A DNA stretch of 64,000 bases, from assembly GCA_950097015.1 (NCBI GenBank), contig CATNEN010000024.1, forward strand, positions 6,138,001 to 6,202,000, in the 5' to 3' direction. This document shows positions 12,632-25,555 of the stretch, in pieces. The stretch's first letter is position 1. Every line of letters begins with the position of its first letter. The notes below the pieces were generated by a model. It had not been told where the DNA came from. It did no database searches and saw only the letters and a list, made by a program, of their open reading frames with translations. This DNA is from Macrostomum hystrix (taxonomy: Eukaryota > Animalia > Platyhelminthes). A program made the translations under genes and the position numbers.

Positions 12632-14282
12632 CATCCCCAATCCAGATAGATCCGTCCCCAATCCAGATAGATCCATCCCCAATCCAGATAGATCCATCCC
12701 CAATCCAGATAGATCCATCCCCAATCCAGATAGATCCACCCCCAATCCAGATAGATCCATCCCCAATCCAGATAGATCCACCCCCAATCCAGATAGATCC
12801 ACCCCCAATCCAGATAGATCCACCCCCAATCCAGATAGATCCACCCCCAATCCAGATAGATCCATCCCCAATCCAGATAGATCCACCCCCAATCCAGATA
12901 GATCCATCCCCAATCTAAAGAGATCCACCCCCAATCCAGATAGATCCACCCCCAATCCAGATGGATCCATCCACAATCCAGATAGATCCATCCCCAATCC
13001 AGATAGATCCATCACCAATCCAGATAGATCCGTCCCCAATCCAGATAGATTCATCCCAATCCAGATAGATTCATCACCAATCCAGATAGATCCGTCCCCA
13101 ATCCAGATAGATTCATCACCAATCCAGATAGATCCATCCCCAATCCAGATAGATCCGTCCCCAATCCAGATAGAACCATCCATAATCTAAAGAGATCCAC
13201 CCCCAATCAAGATGGATCTATAACCAATCCAGATAGATTCATCCCAATCCAGATAGATTCATCACCAATCCAGATAGATCCGTCCCCAATCCAGATAGAT
13301 TCATCCCAATCCAGATAGATTCATCACCAATCCAGATAGATCCGTCCCCAATCCAGATAGATTCATCACCAATCCAGATAGATCCATCCCCAATCCAGAT
13401 AGATCCGTCCCCAATCCAGATAGAACCATCCATAATCTAAAGAGATCCACCCCCAATCCAGATGGATCTATAACCAATCCAGATAGATCCATCCCCAATC
13501 CAGATAGATTCATCACCAATCCAGATAGATCAATCCCCAATCCAGATAGATCCATCATCAATCCAGATGGATCCATCCCCAATCCAGATAGATCCATCCC
13601 CAATCCAGATAGATCCATCCACAATCCAGATAGATCCATCACGAATCCAGATAGATCGATGCCCAATCCAGATAGATCCATCACCAATCCAGATACATCC
13701 ATCACCAATCTAGATAGATCCATTCCCAATCCAGATAGATCCATCCCCAATCCAGATAGATTCATCCCCAATCCAGATAGATCCGTCCCCAATCCAGATA
13801 GACCCATCCATAATCTAAAGAGATCCACCCCCAATCCAGATAGATCCATCCCCAATCCAGATAGATCTATCCCCAATCCAGACAGATCCATCCCAATCCA
13901 GATAGATCCATCACCAATCCAGATAGATCCATCACCAATCCAGACACATCCATCCCCAATTCAGATAGATCCAATCCCCAATCCAGATAGATCCATCCCC
14001 AATCCAGATAGATCCAATCCCCAATCCAGATAGATCCATCCCCAATCCAGATAGATTCATCCCCAATCCAGATAGATCCGTCCCCAATCCAGATGGATCC
14101 ATCCACAATCTAAAGAGATCCATCCCCAATCCAGATGGATCCATCCACAATCTAAAGAGATCCATCCCCAATCCAGATGGATCCATCCACAATCTAAAGA
14201 GATCCATCCCCAATCCAGATGGATCCATCCACAATCCAGATGGATCCATCCACAATCCAGAAAGATCAATCCACAATCCATC
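12632..14282 (+). repeat. 20/21-bp satellite A (ATCCCCAATCCAGATAGATCC)n, array 1
   Basis: Directly visible; source of the MDLSGLG / GDGSIWI ORFs. Confidence 0.96.
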
Positions 14283-14789
14283 GCACAATCAGGACTGATC
14301 CGTATCCCAACTTGATTTATCCCATAACCAGCTGAGGGCGGGCATTTTAAACGCGGCTTTGCAAACATAGGTAAGGACAGACGCACCGGAGGGGAACGGT
14401 GTGAGTACACTCATGTTGGGCAGGTTGATCGAGCTCAGAATTTTTACTAATTGAGATTTCTTTCGCTATATACGCCAAGGCAGCTTGTCCGCTTGACCAG
14501 AACGGAATTAGAAAATTGGCCAAATCTAATGATTCCTGGATTAAATTCCACCCTTGCTTACACTGGCCGAACTGTGTACTGCCACAGCGCGTTCAAGTGG
14601 CTTGGCGGCTTGGTTGATAGGCCTACCTACTGGTGTGGTGGCAGCTATGCGAGTTGGGCACGAACTACCGGTAGACATGATACCAGATAGGAAGTGAAAT
14701 TCACGAGAATAAACGCCGGACATACCAAGGAACAGGTAAATAAAGCGAATTATTAAAGAGTTTGACCAGAATAAAGGAACACGAAAGAA

Positions 14790-15478
14790 AGAAAGACAAT
14801 TAGAAAAGAGAGTAAGGGATAACAGAGAAGAGAACTGGATAGGATATGGAGAAGAGAGTAGAGAGGATAAGAGAGGAGAGAGGAGAGGATAAGAGAGGAT
14901 AAAATGATATGAAAACTGGAGAATAAGAGACGAGAGGAGAGCAAAGGAGGGGAGAGGAGAGCAGAGGTGAGGAGAGGAGAGCAAAGGAGAGGAGAGGAGA
15001 GCAAAGGAGAGGAGAGGAGAGCAAAGGAGAGGAGAGGAGAGCAAAGGAGAGGAGAGGAGAGCAAAGGAGAGGAGAGGAGAGCAAAGGAGAGGAGAGGAGA
15101 GCAAAGGAGAGGAGAGGAGAGCAAAGGAGAGGAGAGGAGAGCAGAGTTGAGGAGAGGAGAGCAAAGGAGAGGAGAGGAGAGCAAAGGAGAGGAGAGGAGA
15201 GCAAAGGAGGGGAGAGGATAGCAGAGGTGAGGAGAGGAGAGCAGAGGTGAGGAGAGGAGAGCAAAGGAGGGGAGAGGAGAGCAAAGGAGAGGAGAGGAGA
15301 GCAAAGGAGAGGAGAGGAGAGCAAAGGAGGGGAGAGGAGAGCAGAGGTGAGGAGAGGAGAGCAGAGGTGAGGAGAGGAGAGCAAAGGAGGGGAGAGGAGA
15401 GCAAAGGAGAGGAGAGGAGAGCAGAGGAGGGGAGAGGAAAGGAGAGCAGAGGAGAGGAGAGAAGTAGAGATTGGAGCA
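14790..15478 (+). repeat. (GGAGA)n-based polypurine array with 25-bp GCAAAGGAGAGGAGAGGAGA-type super-unit
   Basis: Directly visible. Confidence 0.95.
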
Positions 15479-16074
15479 GATGAAGCAAAGAATTGAGAAG
15501 ACACCGAGAGAACAAACAGATCTTACCTTCCTCCGTCATAGAGCTCATGTCCTCCCTGCACTAGACTCAGTTTTTGTAAAGAATTATTAATAAATTAATA
15601 ATTCGGTTAGCGCAGTAGTGAGTCCCATTGCGCCAATTTCCGTTGTCGCCCTCACTGTGTTGCCGCCGAAGCCGCCGCAGTCACCGAAGCTTCCGGAGCA
15701 TCGACACGCAGGTGGCATCAGCGAAACCGAAATTCTGCCAAATCTTTGCATGCATTGTCGGTCTTCTACCGACACTATCGTGTATCCTGTTGCTTAACCC
15801 TGGATTCTCTGGAACTGGTCCCGACTGTTCAGAATTTGTTCCAGGGACAGCTAGCCAATTGTTGACTGGTGCGGGCAAAAATCCAACCCACATACTCCAC
15901 GCACACAACCCTGGGCACCTCCTGATGACCTTTTCTAGGAAATGCACCGAATTTCGGCTAGCCCAGCTCGACTGTGCAATGCCTGTGCCTCCTAGACCAT
16001 GCTTTGACGTTCTTACGAGTGTGAAATCTGTGTCAGATAATGAGAAAAAATAATAAATGATTGTAAAATTATGG

Positions 16075-19000
16075 AGAAGACGAGATGAAAAAAGAGGAGA
16101 GGAGAGAAGAGGAGAGGAGAGAAGAGGAGAAGAGAGGAGTGGAGTGGAGTGGAGAGGAGAGGAGAGGAGAGGAGAGGAGAGGAGAGGAGAGGAGAGGAGA
16201 GGAGAGGAGAGGAGAAGAGAAAAGAGGAGAGGAAAGGAGAGGAGAGGAGAGAATAGGGGAGGAAAGGAGAGGAGAGGAGAGGAGAGGAGAGGAGAGAATA
16301 GGGGAGGAGAGGAGAGGAGAGAAGAGGAGAGGAGAAGAGAAAAGAAGAGAGGAAAGGAGAGGAGAGGAGAGAATAGGGGAGGAAAGGAGAGGAGTGGAGA
16401 GGAGAGGAGAGGAGAGGAGATAATAGGAGAGGAGAGAAGAGGAGAGGAGAGAGGAGAAGAGGAGAGGAGAGGAGAGAAGAGGAGAGGAGAGGAGAGGAGA
16501 GGAGAGGAGAAGAGAAAAGAGGAGAGGAAAGGAGAAGAGAGGAGAGAATAGGGGAGGAAAGGAGAGGAGTGAAGAGGAGAGGAGAGGAGAGGAGAGAATA
16601 TGGGAGGAGAGGAGAGAAGAGGAGAGGAGAGGAGTGGAGAGGAGAGGAGAAGAGAAAAGAGGAGAGGAGAGAAGAGAAGAGGAGAGGAGAGGAGAGAAGA
16701 GGAGAGGAGAGGAGAGAAGAGGAGAGGAGAGAGGAGAAGAGGAGAGGAGAGGAGAGAAGAGGAGAGGAGAGAAGAGGAGAGAAGAGGAGTGGAGAGGAGA
16801 GGAGAAGAGAAAAGAGGAGAGGAAAGGAGAAGAGAGGAGAGAATAGGGGAGGAAAGGAGAGGAGTGAAGAGGAGAGGAGAGGAGAGGAGAGAATATGGGA
16901 GGAGAGGAGAGAAGAGGAGAGGAGAGGAGTGGAGAGGAGAGGAGAAGAGAAAAGAGGAGAGGAGAGAAGAGAAGAGGAGAGGAGAGGAGAGAAGAGGAGA
17001 GGAGTGGAAAGGAGAGGAGAGGAGAGGAGAGAAGAGGAGAAGAGAGGAGTGGAGTGGAGTGGAGAGGAGAGGAGAGGAGAGGAGAGGAGAGGAGAGGAGA
17101 GGAAAGGAGAGGAGAGGAGAGGAGAGGAGAAGAGAAAAGAGGAGAGGAAAGGAGAGGAGAGGAGAGAATAGGGGAGGAGAGGAAAGGAGAGGAGAGGAGA
17201 GGAGAGGAGAGGAAAGTAGAGGAGAGGAGAGGAGAGGAGAAGAGAAAAGAAGAGAGGAAAGCAGAGGAGAGGAGAGAATAGGGGAGGAAAGGAGAGGAGT
17301 GGAGAGGAGAGGAGAGGAGAGGAGAGGAGAGGAGAGGAGAAGAGAAAAGAGGAGAGGAAAGGAGAAGAGAGGAGAGAATAGGGGAGGAAAGGAGAGGAGT
17401 GAAAAGGAGAGGAGAGGAGAGGAGAGGAGATAATAGGAGAGGAGAGAAGAGGAGAGGAGATAATAGGAGAGGAGAGAAGAGGAGAGGAGATAATAGGAGA
17501 GGAGAGAAGAGGAGAGGAGAGGAGAGGAGTGGAGAGAATAGGGGAGGAGAGGAGAGAAGAGGAGAGGAGAAGAGAAAAGAAGAGAGGAAAGGAGAGGAGA
17601 GGAGAGAATAGGGGAGGAAAGGAGAGGAGTGGAGAGGAGAGGAGAGGAGAGGAGATAATAGGAGAGGAGAGAAGAGGAGAGGAGAGAGGAGAAGAGGAGA
17701 GGAGAGGAGAGAAGAGGAGAGGAGAGGAGAGAATAGGGGAGGAGAGGAGACAAGAGGAGAGGAGAAGAGAAAAGAAGAGAGGAAAGGAGAGGAGAGGAGA
17801 GAATAGGGGAGGAAAGGAGAGGAGTGGAGAGGAGAGGAGAGGAGAGGAGATAATAGGAGAGGAGAGAAGAGGAGAGGAGAGGAGAGGAGAGGAGAGGAGA
17901 AGAGAAAAGAGGAGAGGAAAGGAGAAGAGAGGAGAGAATAGGGGGAGGAAAGGAGAGGAGTGGAGAGGAGATGAGAGGAGAGGAGATAATAGGAGAGGAG
18001 AGAAGAGGAGAGGAGAGGAGAGAAGAGGAGAGGAGAGGAGAGGAGTGGAGAGGAGAGGAGAAGAGAAAAGAGGAGAGGAAAGGAGAAGAGAGGAGAGAAT
18101 AGGGGAGGAAAGGAGAGGAGTGAAAAGGAGAGGAGAGGAGAGGAGAGGAGATAATAGGAGAGGAGAGAAGAGGAGAGGAGATAATAGGAGAGGAGAGAAG
18201 AGGAGAGGAGATAATAGGAGAGGAGAAAAGAGGAGAGGAGAGGAGAGAAGAGGAGAGGAGAGGAGAGGAGTGGAGAGGAGAGGAGAAGAGAAAAGAGGAG
18301 AGGAAAGGAGAAGAGAGGAGAGAATAGGGGAGGAAAGGAGAGGAGTGAAAAGGAGAGGAGAGGAGAGGAGAGGAGATAATAGGAGAGGAGAGAAGAGGAG
18401 AGGAGATAATAGGAGAGGAGAGAAGAGGAGAGGAGATAATAGGAGAGGAGAGAAGAGGAGAGGAGAGGAGAGGAGTGGAGAGAATAGGGGAGGAGAGGAG
18501 AGAAGAGGAGAGGAGAAGAGAAAAGAAGAGAGGAAAGGAGAGGAGAGGAGAGAATAGGGGAGGAAAGGAGAGGAGTGGAGAGGAGAGGAGAGGAGAGGAG
18601 ATAATAGGAGAGGAGAGAAGAGGAGAGGAGAGAGGAGAAGAGGAGAGGAGAGGAGAGAAGAGGAGAGGAGAGGAGAGAATAGGGGAGGAGAGGAGACAAG
18701 AGGAGAGGAGAAGAGAAAAGAAGAGAGGAAAGGAGAGGAGAGGAGAGAATAGGGGAGGAAAGGAGAGGAGTGGAGAGGAGAGGAGAGGAGAGGAGATAAT
18801 AGGAGAGGAGAGAAGAGGAGAGGAGAGGAGAGGAGAGGAGAGGAGAAGAGAAAAGAGGAGAGGAAAGGAGAAGAGAGGAGAGAATAGGGGAGGAAAGGAG
18901 AGGAGTGGAGAGGAGATGAGAGGAGAGGAGATAATAGGAGAGGAGAGAAGAGGAGAGGAGAGGAGAGAAGAGGAGAGGAGAGGAGAGGAGTGGAGAGGAG

Positions 19001-19655
19001 AGGAGAAGAGAAAAGAGGAGAGGAAAGGAGAAGAGAGGAGAGAATAGGGGAGGAAAGGAGAGGAGTGAAAAGGAGAGGAGAGGAGAGGAGAGGAGATAAT
19101 AGGAGAGGAGAGAAGAGGAGAGGAGATAATAGGAGAGGAGAGAAGAGGAGAGGAGATAATAGGAGAGGAGAGAAGAGGAGAGGAGAGGAGAGGAGTGGAG
19201 AGGAGAGGAGAAGAGAAAAGAGGAGAGGAAAGGAGAAGAGAGGAGAGAATAGGGGAGGAAAGGAGAGGAGTGAAGAGGAGAGGAGAGGAGAGGAGAGAAT
19301 ATGGGAGGAGAGGAGAGAAGAGGAGAGGAGAGGAGTGGAGAGGAGAGGAGAAGAGAAAAGAGGAGAGGAGAGAAGAGAAGAGGAGAGGAGAGGAGAGAAG
19401 AGGAGAGGAGTGGAAAGGAGAGGAGAGGAGAGGAGAGAAGAGGAGAGGAGAGAGGAGAAGAGGAGAAGAGAGGAGTGGAGTGGAGTGGAGAGGAGAGGAG
19501 AGGAGAGGAGAGGAGAAGAGAAAAGAGGAGAGGAAAGGAGAAGAGAGGAGAGAATAGGGGAGGAAAGGAGAGGAGTGAAAAGGAGAGGAGAGGAGAGGAG
19601 AGGAGAGAAGAGGAGAGGAGAGAAGAGGAGAGGAGAGGAGAGGAGAGGGAGAAGG
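16075..19655 (+). repeat. ~3.6-kb (GGAGA)n polypurine satellite with higher-order duplications
   Basis: Pentamer repeat; variant strings recur (ORFs at 17529 and 18475 start with the same long peptide, 946 bp apart). Confidence 0.97.
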
Positions 19656-20311
19656 GCAGTCTACTCGTCGCTAACAGGGTTTACCAGTTGAATGGGGCAT
19701 AGGCCTAGCAACGGTCTGTGTCGCTGGAGCCAACCCAGTTTAATGTAAATCAGTGCCAGCCACCGCAGCTGGTCGGGCAGACAGTTTCATCAAGCCAGCA
19801 TCAGTCCTGCGCAGCCTAACCAGCTGTCATGTAAACCCAGGCCAAACTGACACTGGCTTGGAAAACATCGATACCTAAACAGCTTAACAATTCGAATAAT
19901 TCCCATTTGGGATCAATTTCAAACAGTTTTTTGGGGATTGAACAGAAAGTGCGCTTCAATGCTGAACATGGTTGCTAAGCAACCAACTACGATCAGTTGT
20001 TTTCTTTGGAACAAGGTCGGTGACTGACTGACGTGAGCGACTGTGTAAAAATGGAAAAAAATTCGATTGTACAAATAAGGATCAGCCATTGTGGGGTCTG
20101 GCGCAAGAAACAGCTAGCGGCAACTGCTGCCTGCAAATGTTATTCTCGTAAAAGTTTCAGCTGGTGTAAAAAAACTGCCATTTTAAATTCATAATCTGAA
20201 ACTGCCGTCTTCTTTGCTCGGTCGAAATTCATTATCAGATTTTATTGTGCCTTTTGTACTGAACCAGTTGAAAAATACTCATTCCACAGATAGCTTTCAA
20301 TCAGACTCACA

Positions 20312-21668
20312 TATAGATCGATGCCCGATCCAGATAGATCGATGCCCAATCCAGATGGATCCATCCCAATCCAGATAGATCCATCACCAATCCAGATAGA
20401 TCCATCACCAATCCAGATAGATCCATCCCCAATCCATATAGATCCATCACCAATCCAGATAGACCCATCCCCAATCCAGATAGATCCGTCCCCAATCCAG
20501 ATAGAACCATCCATAATCTAAAGAGATCCACCCCCAATCAAGATGGATCTATAACCAATCCAGATAGATTCATCCCAATCCAGATAGATCCATCCCCAAT
20601 CCAGATAGACACATCCCCAATCCAGATAGATTCATCCCCAATCCAGATAGACCCAACACCAATCCATATAGACCCATCCCCAATCCATATAGACCCAACA
20701 CCGATCCATATAGATCCATCCCCAATCCAGATAGACCCATCCCCAATCCAGATAGATCCATCCCCAATCCAGATAGACCCAACACCAATCCATATAGATC
20801 CATCCCCAATCCATATAGATCCATCACCGATCCAGACAGATCCATCCCCAATCCAGACAGATCCATCCACAATCCAGATAGACCCATCCCCAATCCAGAT
20901 AGATCCATCCCCAATCCATATAGATCCATCACCAATCCAGACAGATCCATCCCCAATCCAGACAGATCCATCCACAATCCAGATAGACCCATCCCCAATC
21001 CAGATAGATCGATGCCCAATCCAGATGGATCCATCCCAATCCAGATAGATCCATCACCAATCCAGATAGATCCATCACCAATCCAGATAGATCCATCCCC
21101 AATCGAGATAGACCCATCCCCAATCCAGATAGACCCATCCCCAATCCAGATAGATCCATCCCCAATCCAGATAGACCCATCCACAATCCAGATAGACCCA
21201 TCCCCAATCCAGACAGATCCATCCACAATCCAGATAGACCCATCCACAATCCAGACAGATCCATCCACAATCCAGATAGACCCATCCACAATCCAGATAG
21301 ATCCATCCCCAATCCAGATAGATCCATCCCCAATCCAGATAGACCCATCCCCAATCCAGATAGATCCATCCCCAATCTAAAGAGATCCATCCTTAATCCA
21401 TATAGATCCATCACCAATCCAGATAGATCCATCACCAATCCATATAGATCCATCCCCAATCCAGATAGATCCATCACCAATCCAGATAGACCCATCCCCA
21501 ATCCAGATAGATCCATCCCCAATCTAAAGAGATCCATCCTTAATCCATATAGATCCATCACCAATCCAGATAGATCCATCACCAATCCAGATAGATCCAT
21601 CACCAATCCATATAGATCCATCCCCAATCCAGATAGATCCATCACCAATCCTAAAAGACCCATCCCCA
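20312..21668 (+). repeat. 20/21-bp satellite A, array 2
   Basis: Same unit and orientation as 12632-14282. Confidence 0.96.
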
Positions 21669-22050
21669 TAGAATATTTTTGGAGAATAGTAGTGCAGGCC
21701 TAGATGCACTTTTTGGCAAGTGAGTAGTTTTTAACATTGAGATGAATTCGTTACCTACTACATTCCTTCACTTGAGATATCATAATGCTGTACGTTACAT
21801 TATATTCCTTCACTTGAAATTTACATTCTAATCGATTTAGCAGTAAACACTTGCAGACAGTGGTTCTCACAATTATCTGCTACGAAAAATTAACACTCTT
21901 TAAGTTTTCAGAGAGCACTTGTCTTCACTTAGTGCTTGTTTGCCAATTCTTATACTTGGTAAATCCATTAGTGACCTGCTAAAATTATACTTAACACTGT
22001 GTTTTCAGTACCAAAACTGACCCACTTATCTAAAACTTGACAGCTTTCTC

Positions 22051-22810
22051 TAACTGATTGACAGCTATCTATAACTGATTGACAGCTATCTATAACTGAT
22101 TGACAGCTATCTATAACTGATTGACAGCTATCTAGAAACGGTGGACAGTAATCTACTTAGTATAACTGATTGACAGCTATCTGTAACTGATTGACAGCCA
22201 TCTGTAACTGATTGACAGATTATCTAGAACTGATTGACAGCCATCTGTAACTGATTGACAGCTATCTATAACTGATTGACAGCCATCTGTAACTGATTGA
22301 CAGACTATCTAGAACTGATTGACAGACTATCTAGAACTGATTGACAGACTATCTAGAACTGATTGACAGACTATCTAGAACTGATTGACAGCTATCTAGA
22401 ACTGATTGACAGATTATCTAGAACTGATTGACAGATTATCTATTACTGATTGACAGATTATCTATTACTGATTGACAGATTATCTATTACTGATTGACAG
22501 ATTATCTATTACTGATTGACAGATTATCTATTACTGATTGACAGATTATCTATTACTGATTGACAGATTATCTATTACTGATTGACAGATTATCTACTAC
22601 TGATTGACAGCCATCTGTAACTGATTGACAGCCATCTGTAACTGATAGACAGCCATTTGTAACTGATTGACAGCCATCTGTAACTGATTGACAGATTAGA
22701 ACTGATTGACAGATTAGAACTGATTGACAGATTAGAACTGATTGACAGATTAGAACTGATTGACAGATTAGAACTGATTGACAGATTAGAATCGATTGAC
22801 AGCTATCTAG
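22051..22810 (+). repeat. 18-22-bp tandem array with near-invariant core ACTGATTGACAG, ~35 copies
   Basis: Units AACTGATTGACAGCTATCTAT, ...CAGATTATCTATT, ...CAGATTAG. Confidence 0.95.
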
Positions 22811-23015
22811 AATTGGTTGGCAGCCATCAAAAAGTGATTGACAGCAATCTACAACCGATTGACTGTATTTTAATCCCTAATTGTCTATACCGAAGCAACA
22901 ATTGCGTGTCAGTGAATTGCAGCAGCACTAACTGACTGCAGCTCATGCTGATTAGTGCCAGGACAGAAAGATTACCAACACTCGTCATGCACACGGAGCA
23001 GACACGGCAACTCAG

Positions 23016-23022
23016 GTGTGTG

Positions 23023-23078
<56 letters not shown>
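23016..23078 (+). repeat. (GT)n microsatellite
   Basis: Directly visible. Confidence 0.97.
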
Positions 23079-23079
<1 letters not shown>

Positions 23080-23784
23080 AGTCTGGAAGGCGGATGTCAC
23101 CCTCAGGGAGTCTAAATGCAACAAATTGCGGCTGCCAGTTTCACTGCAGACGCCCCAGGCCAGGTGGAGGCACTGAGCCACTCTGAAATTCTCATTCTCT
23201 ATATAAGATTCTCTGCAAGACCTGAAATTGCACCAACTCACACAGCCGGGGCCGAACAGAATTTTGATGGAATAAAAATACCATGGCTAGCCAAGCCAAG
23301 CCAAGCTAAGCAACCAAAAGCCGCCGCGGTCGGCCCTAAAAACTCTCACACTCTCTTTCTCATTTTTTACCTTTCTCTTCATCGTCCAGTTTCTCTTTTT
23401 TGATTCCCCTCTCTCTCATCTCTAGTTTGCGGGGCTCTTCAGTGCGTTTGTTTTCAACCTGCGCCTGTCCGGTGATGGCACTGACTCTGAGCCTCTTGTC
23501 TTGGCGACTGGCTGCAGTGGGGGACAGAGAGTGAGTCTAGTTTGAGCACACCAGGCGTACTAGGGGGTGCATTAAAGCAGAATATTTTAACAGACTATCA
23601 TGGTTCGTCCAGGAGGCTGACAAAGCCAAAACTCTAAGTTTAGAGAACACCGTTGAAGCTGGAGAATACTGCTGCGAAAATTATCTTGAGTCTTGACATG
23701 GTTCATCTTGACCCGATTAGAACAAGATGAGGTCATTCAGATGGTTCATGACCTATTTAAAAGGAGAATGGGTCACCGAGATGG

Positions 23785-23960
23785 GAAGTCAGGACAGATG
23801 TACACACATGTGTGAGCGTGTGCCTGCGTACAGTATCTGTGTGCTTGTGTGCTCAGGAGTCAGCGAAATGGGCAGATTGCCTTCTCGCTGGCTGCTGGTC
23901 TAGTGTCACCAAATGATGAGTCATGGCCCGCAGCCCTCTTGCAATTATTATTTTTTTATT
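23785..23960 (+). mobile_element. SINE family 1, copy 2 (5'-truncated)
   Basis: Aligns by eye to the 11125-11290 body; ATTATTATTTTTTTATT tail. Confidence 0.85.
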
Positions 23961-24019
23961 CATTCATATAGGTCATGTAAATCATGAGATAGTGTTCATG
24001 ACCTATTAAAAAGAAGATT

Positions 24020-24360
24020 GGATTATTGATACGGGTCATGACCTATTTGGAAAGGTGAATGGGTCATTGATACGGGTCATGACCTATTTGGAAAGGTGAA
24101 TGGGTCATTGATACGGGTCATGACCTATTTGGAAAGGTGAATGGGTCATTGATACGGGTCATGACCTATTTGGAAAGGTGAATGGGTCATTGATACGGGT
24201 CATGACCTATTTGGAAAGGTGAATGGGTCATTGATACGGGTCATGACCTATTTGGAAAGGTGAATGGGTCATTGATACGGGTCACGACCTATTTGGAAAA
24301 GGGGAATGGGTCATTGATACGGGTCATGACCTATTTGGAAAAGGGGAATGGGTCACTGAG
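24020..24360 (+). repeat. 41-bp tandem repeat (GGGTCATTGATACGGGTCATGACCTATTTGGAAAGGTGAAT)n, ~8 copies
   Basis: 41-nt period (24061, 24102, ...). Confidence 0.95.
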
Positions 24361-24639
24361 ATGGTTTATGGCCAATTCTAAATTCTGGGTTCATGACAAT
24401 CAAGTGTTAAAACTCTAACCATAACTTAGCAGCAGTGTCAGTATGCTTATAAAACTTGAATTTCACTCAACGCTTGTACACGAAGTCTTCCAATCTATTC
24501 TAGCGGAAGCAAAAAGTGGACTGAAGGATAATTTATGCAAAATATACAGAATGATAAGAAAGCATGACAAAGATATGGAAATGCCACCTATAGCCCACAG
24601 TATTGGGTTAGATGTACAGCCACAGTCTGTGCTATTGCG

Positions 24640-24692
24640 CGGAGTTTCTAAAGGCTGCGTACAGCTGATCAGTCCATGGACTGGGGAGGTAT
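24640..24692 (-). mobile_element. Fragment of SINE family 2 (3' body)
   Basis: AAGGCTGCGTACAGCTGATCAGTCCATGGACTGGGGA matches 50295-50330 and 56092-56127. Confidence 0.6.
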
Positions 24693-25069
24693 TGCTGGTG
24701 CTCGTTTAACATTTCGTCTTATCATATCGAATAATAACGAGCATATGGAAACTAATTGGCACAGAAACTGTTAATAAATACGGGAGTAAGGTTAGTTACC
24801 AGCACAATTGAATGTGTAAAGCGCAGATGCTCTAATTAGGCGTTCGTGAAAAATCTCCAAGCTTATAACAAATGTTCGCAAAAACACGAACTATTATCGG
24901 GTGTGAATAGCCAGTGACAGAATGGGGAACCATCAAGGTGTAGCCAGATAATCACCTGCAACTGTGTTGGCAGTCAGGGCGTCGACTTTGACTTTGAGCA
25001 GCAAAAATTACTGACGGACGGACAGACAAAGTTCAAGAAGATAGACGTCAAGACCGAGGGTCAAGAGAG

Positions 25070-25555
25070 AGGGCGTGAAGGGGGGAGAGAAATTATAGAA
25101 AGGGAGTGGAGAGAGGAGACAGGGAGAGGAGAGAGGTAGAAGAGACGTAGATGAGGGAGGAGAGAGGTAGAGGAGGGAGGAGAGAGGTAGAGGAGGGAGG
25201 AGAGAGGTAGAGGAGGGAGGAGAGAGGTAGAGGAGGGAGGAGAGAGGTAGAGGAGGGAAGAGAGAGGTAGGGGAGGGAAGAGACAGGTAGGGGAGGGAAG
25301 AGAGAGGTAGAGTAGAGAAGTAGAGGAGGGAGGAGAGAGGAAGATGAGGGAGGAGAGAGGTAGAAGAGGGAAGAGAGAGGTAGAGGAGGGAAGAGAGAGG
25401 TAGAGGAGGGAAGAGAGAGGTAGAAGAGGGAAGAGAGAGGTAGAGGAGGGAGGAGAGAGGTAGATGAGGGAGGAGAGAGAGGAGAGAGAGGAGAAAGGGA
25501 TAAGGGAGAGGAGAGAGGGAGTGGAAAGAGGAGAGAGCAAGATGACAGGGAGAGG
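25070..25555 (+). repeat. 20-bp GA-rich repeat (GAGAGAGGTAGAGGAGGGAG)n
   Basis: Directly visible. Confidence 0.93.

Noticed and set aside
14541-19702. ERRGE-rich and SSPLL-rich ORFs
   Set aside because: Translations of (GGAGA)n, which cannot encode stop codons.
12563-21709. MDLSGLG / GDGSIWI / IQIDPSP repeat ORFs
   Set aside because: Artefacts of satellite A.
24990-25050. GACGGACGGACAGAC as a Helentron/DINE-like microsatellite
   Set aside because: Too short; no sub-terminal inverted repeat or 3' hairpin found.
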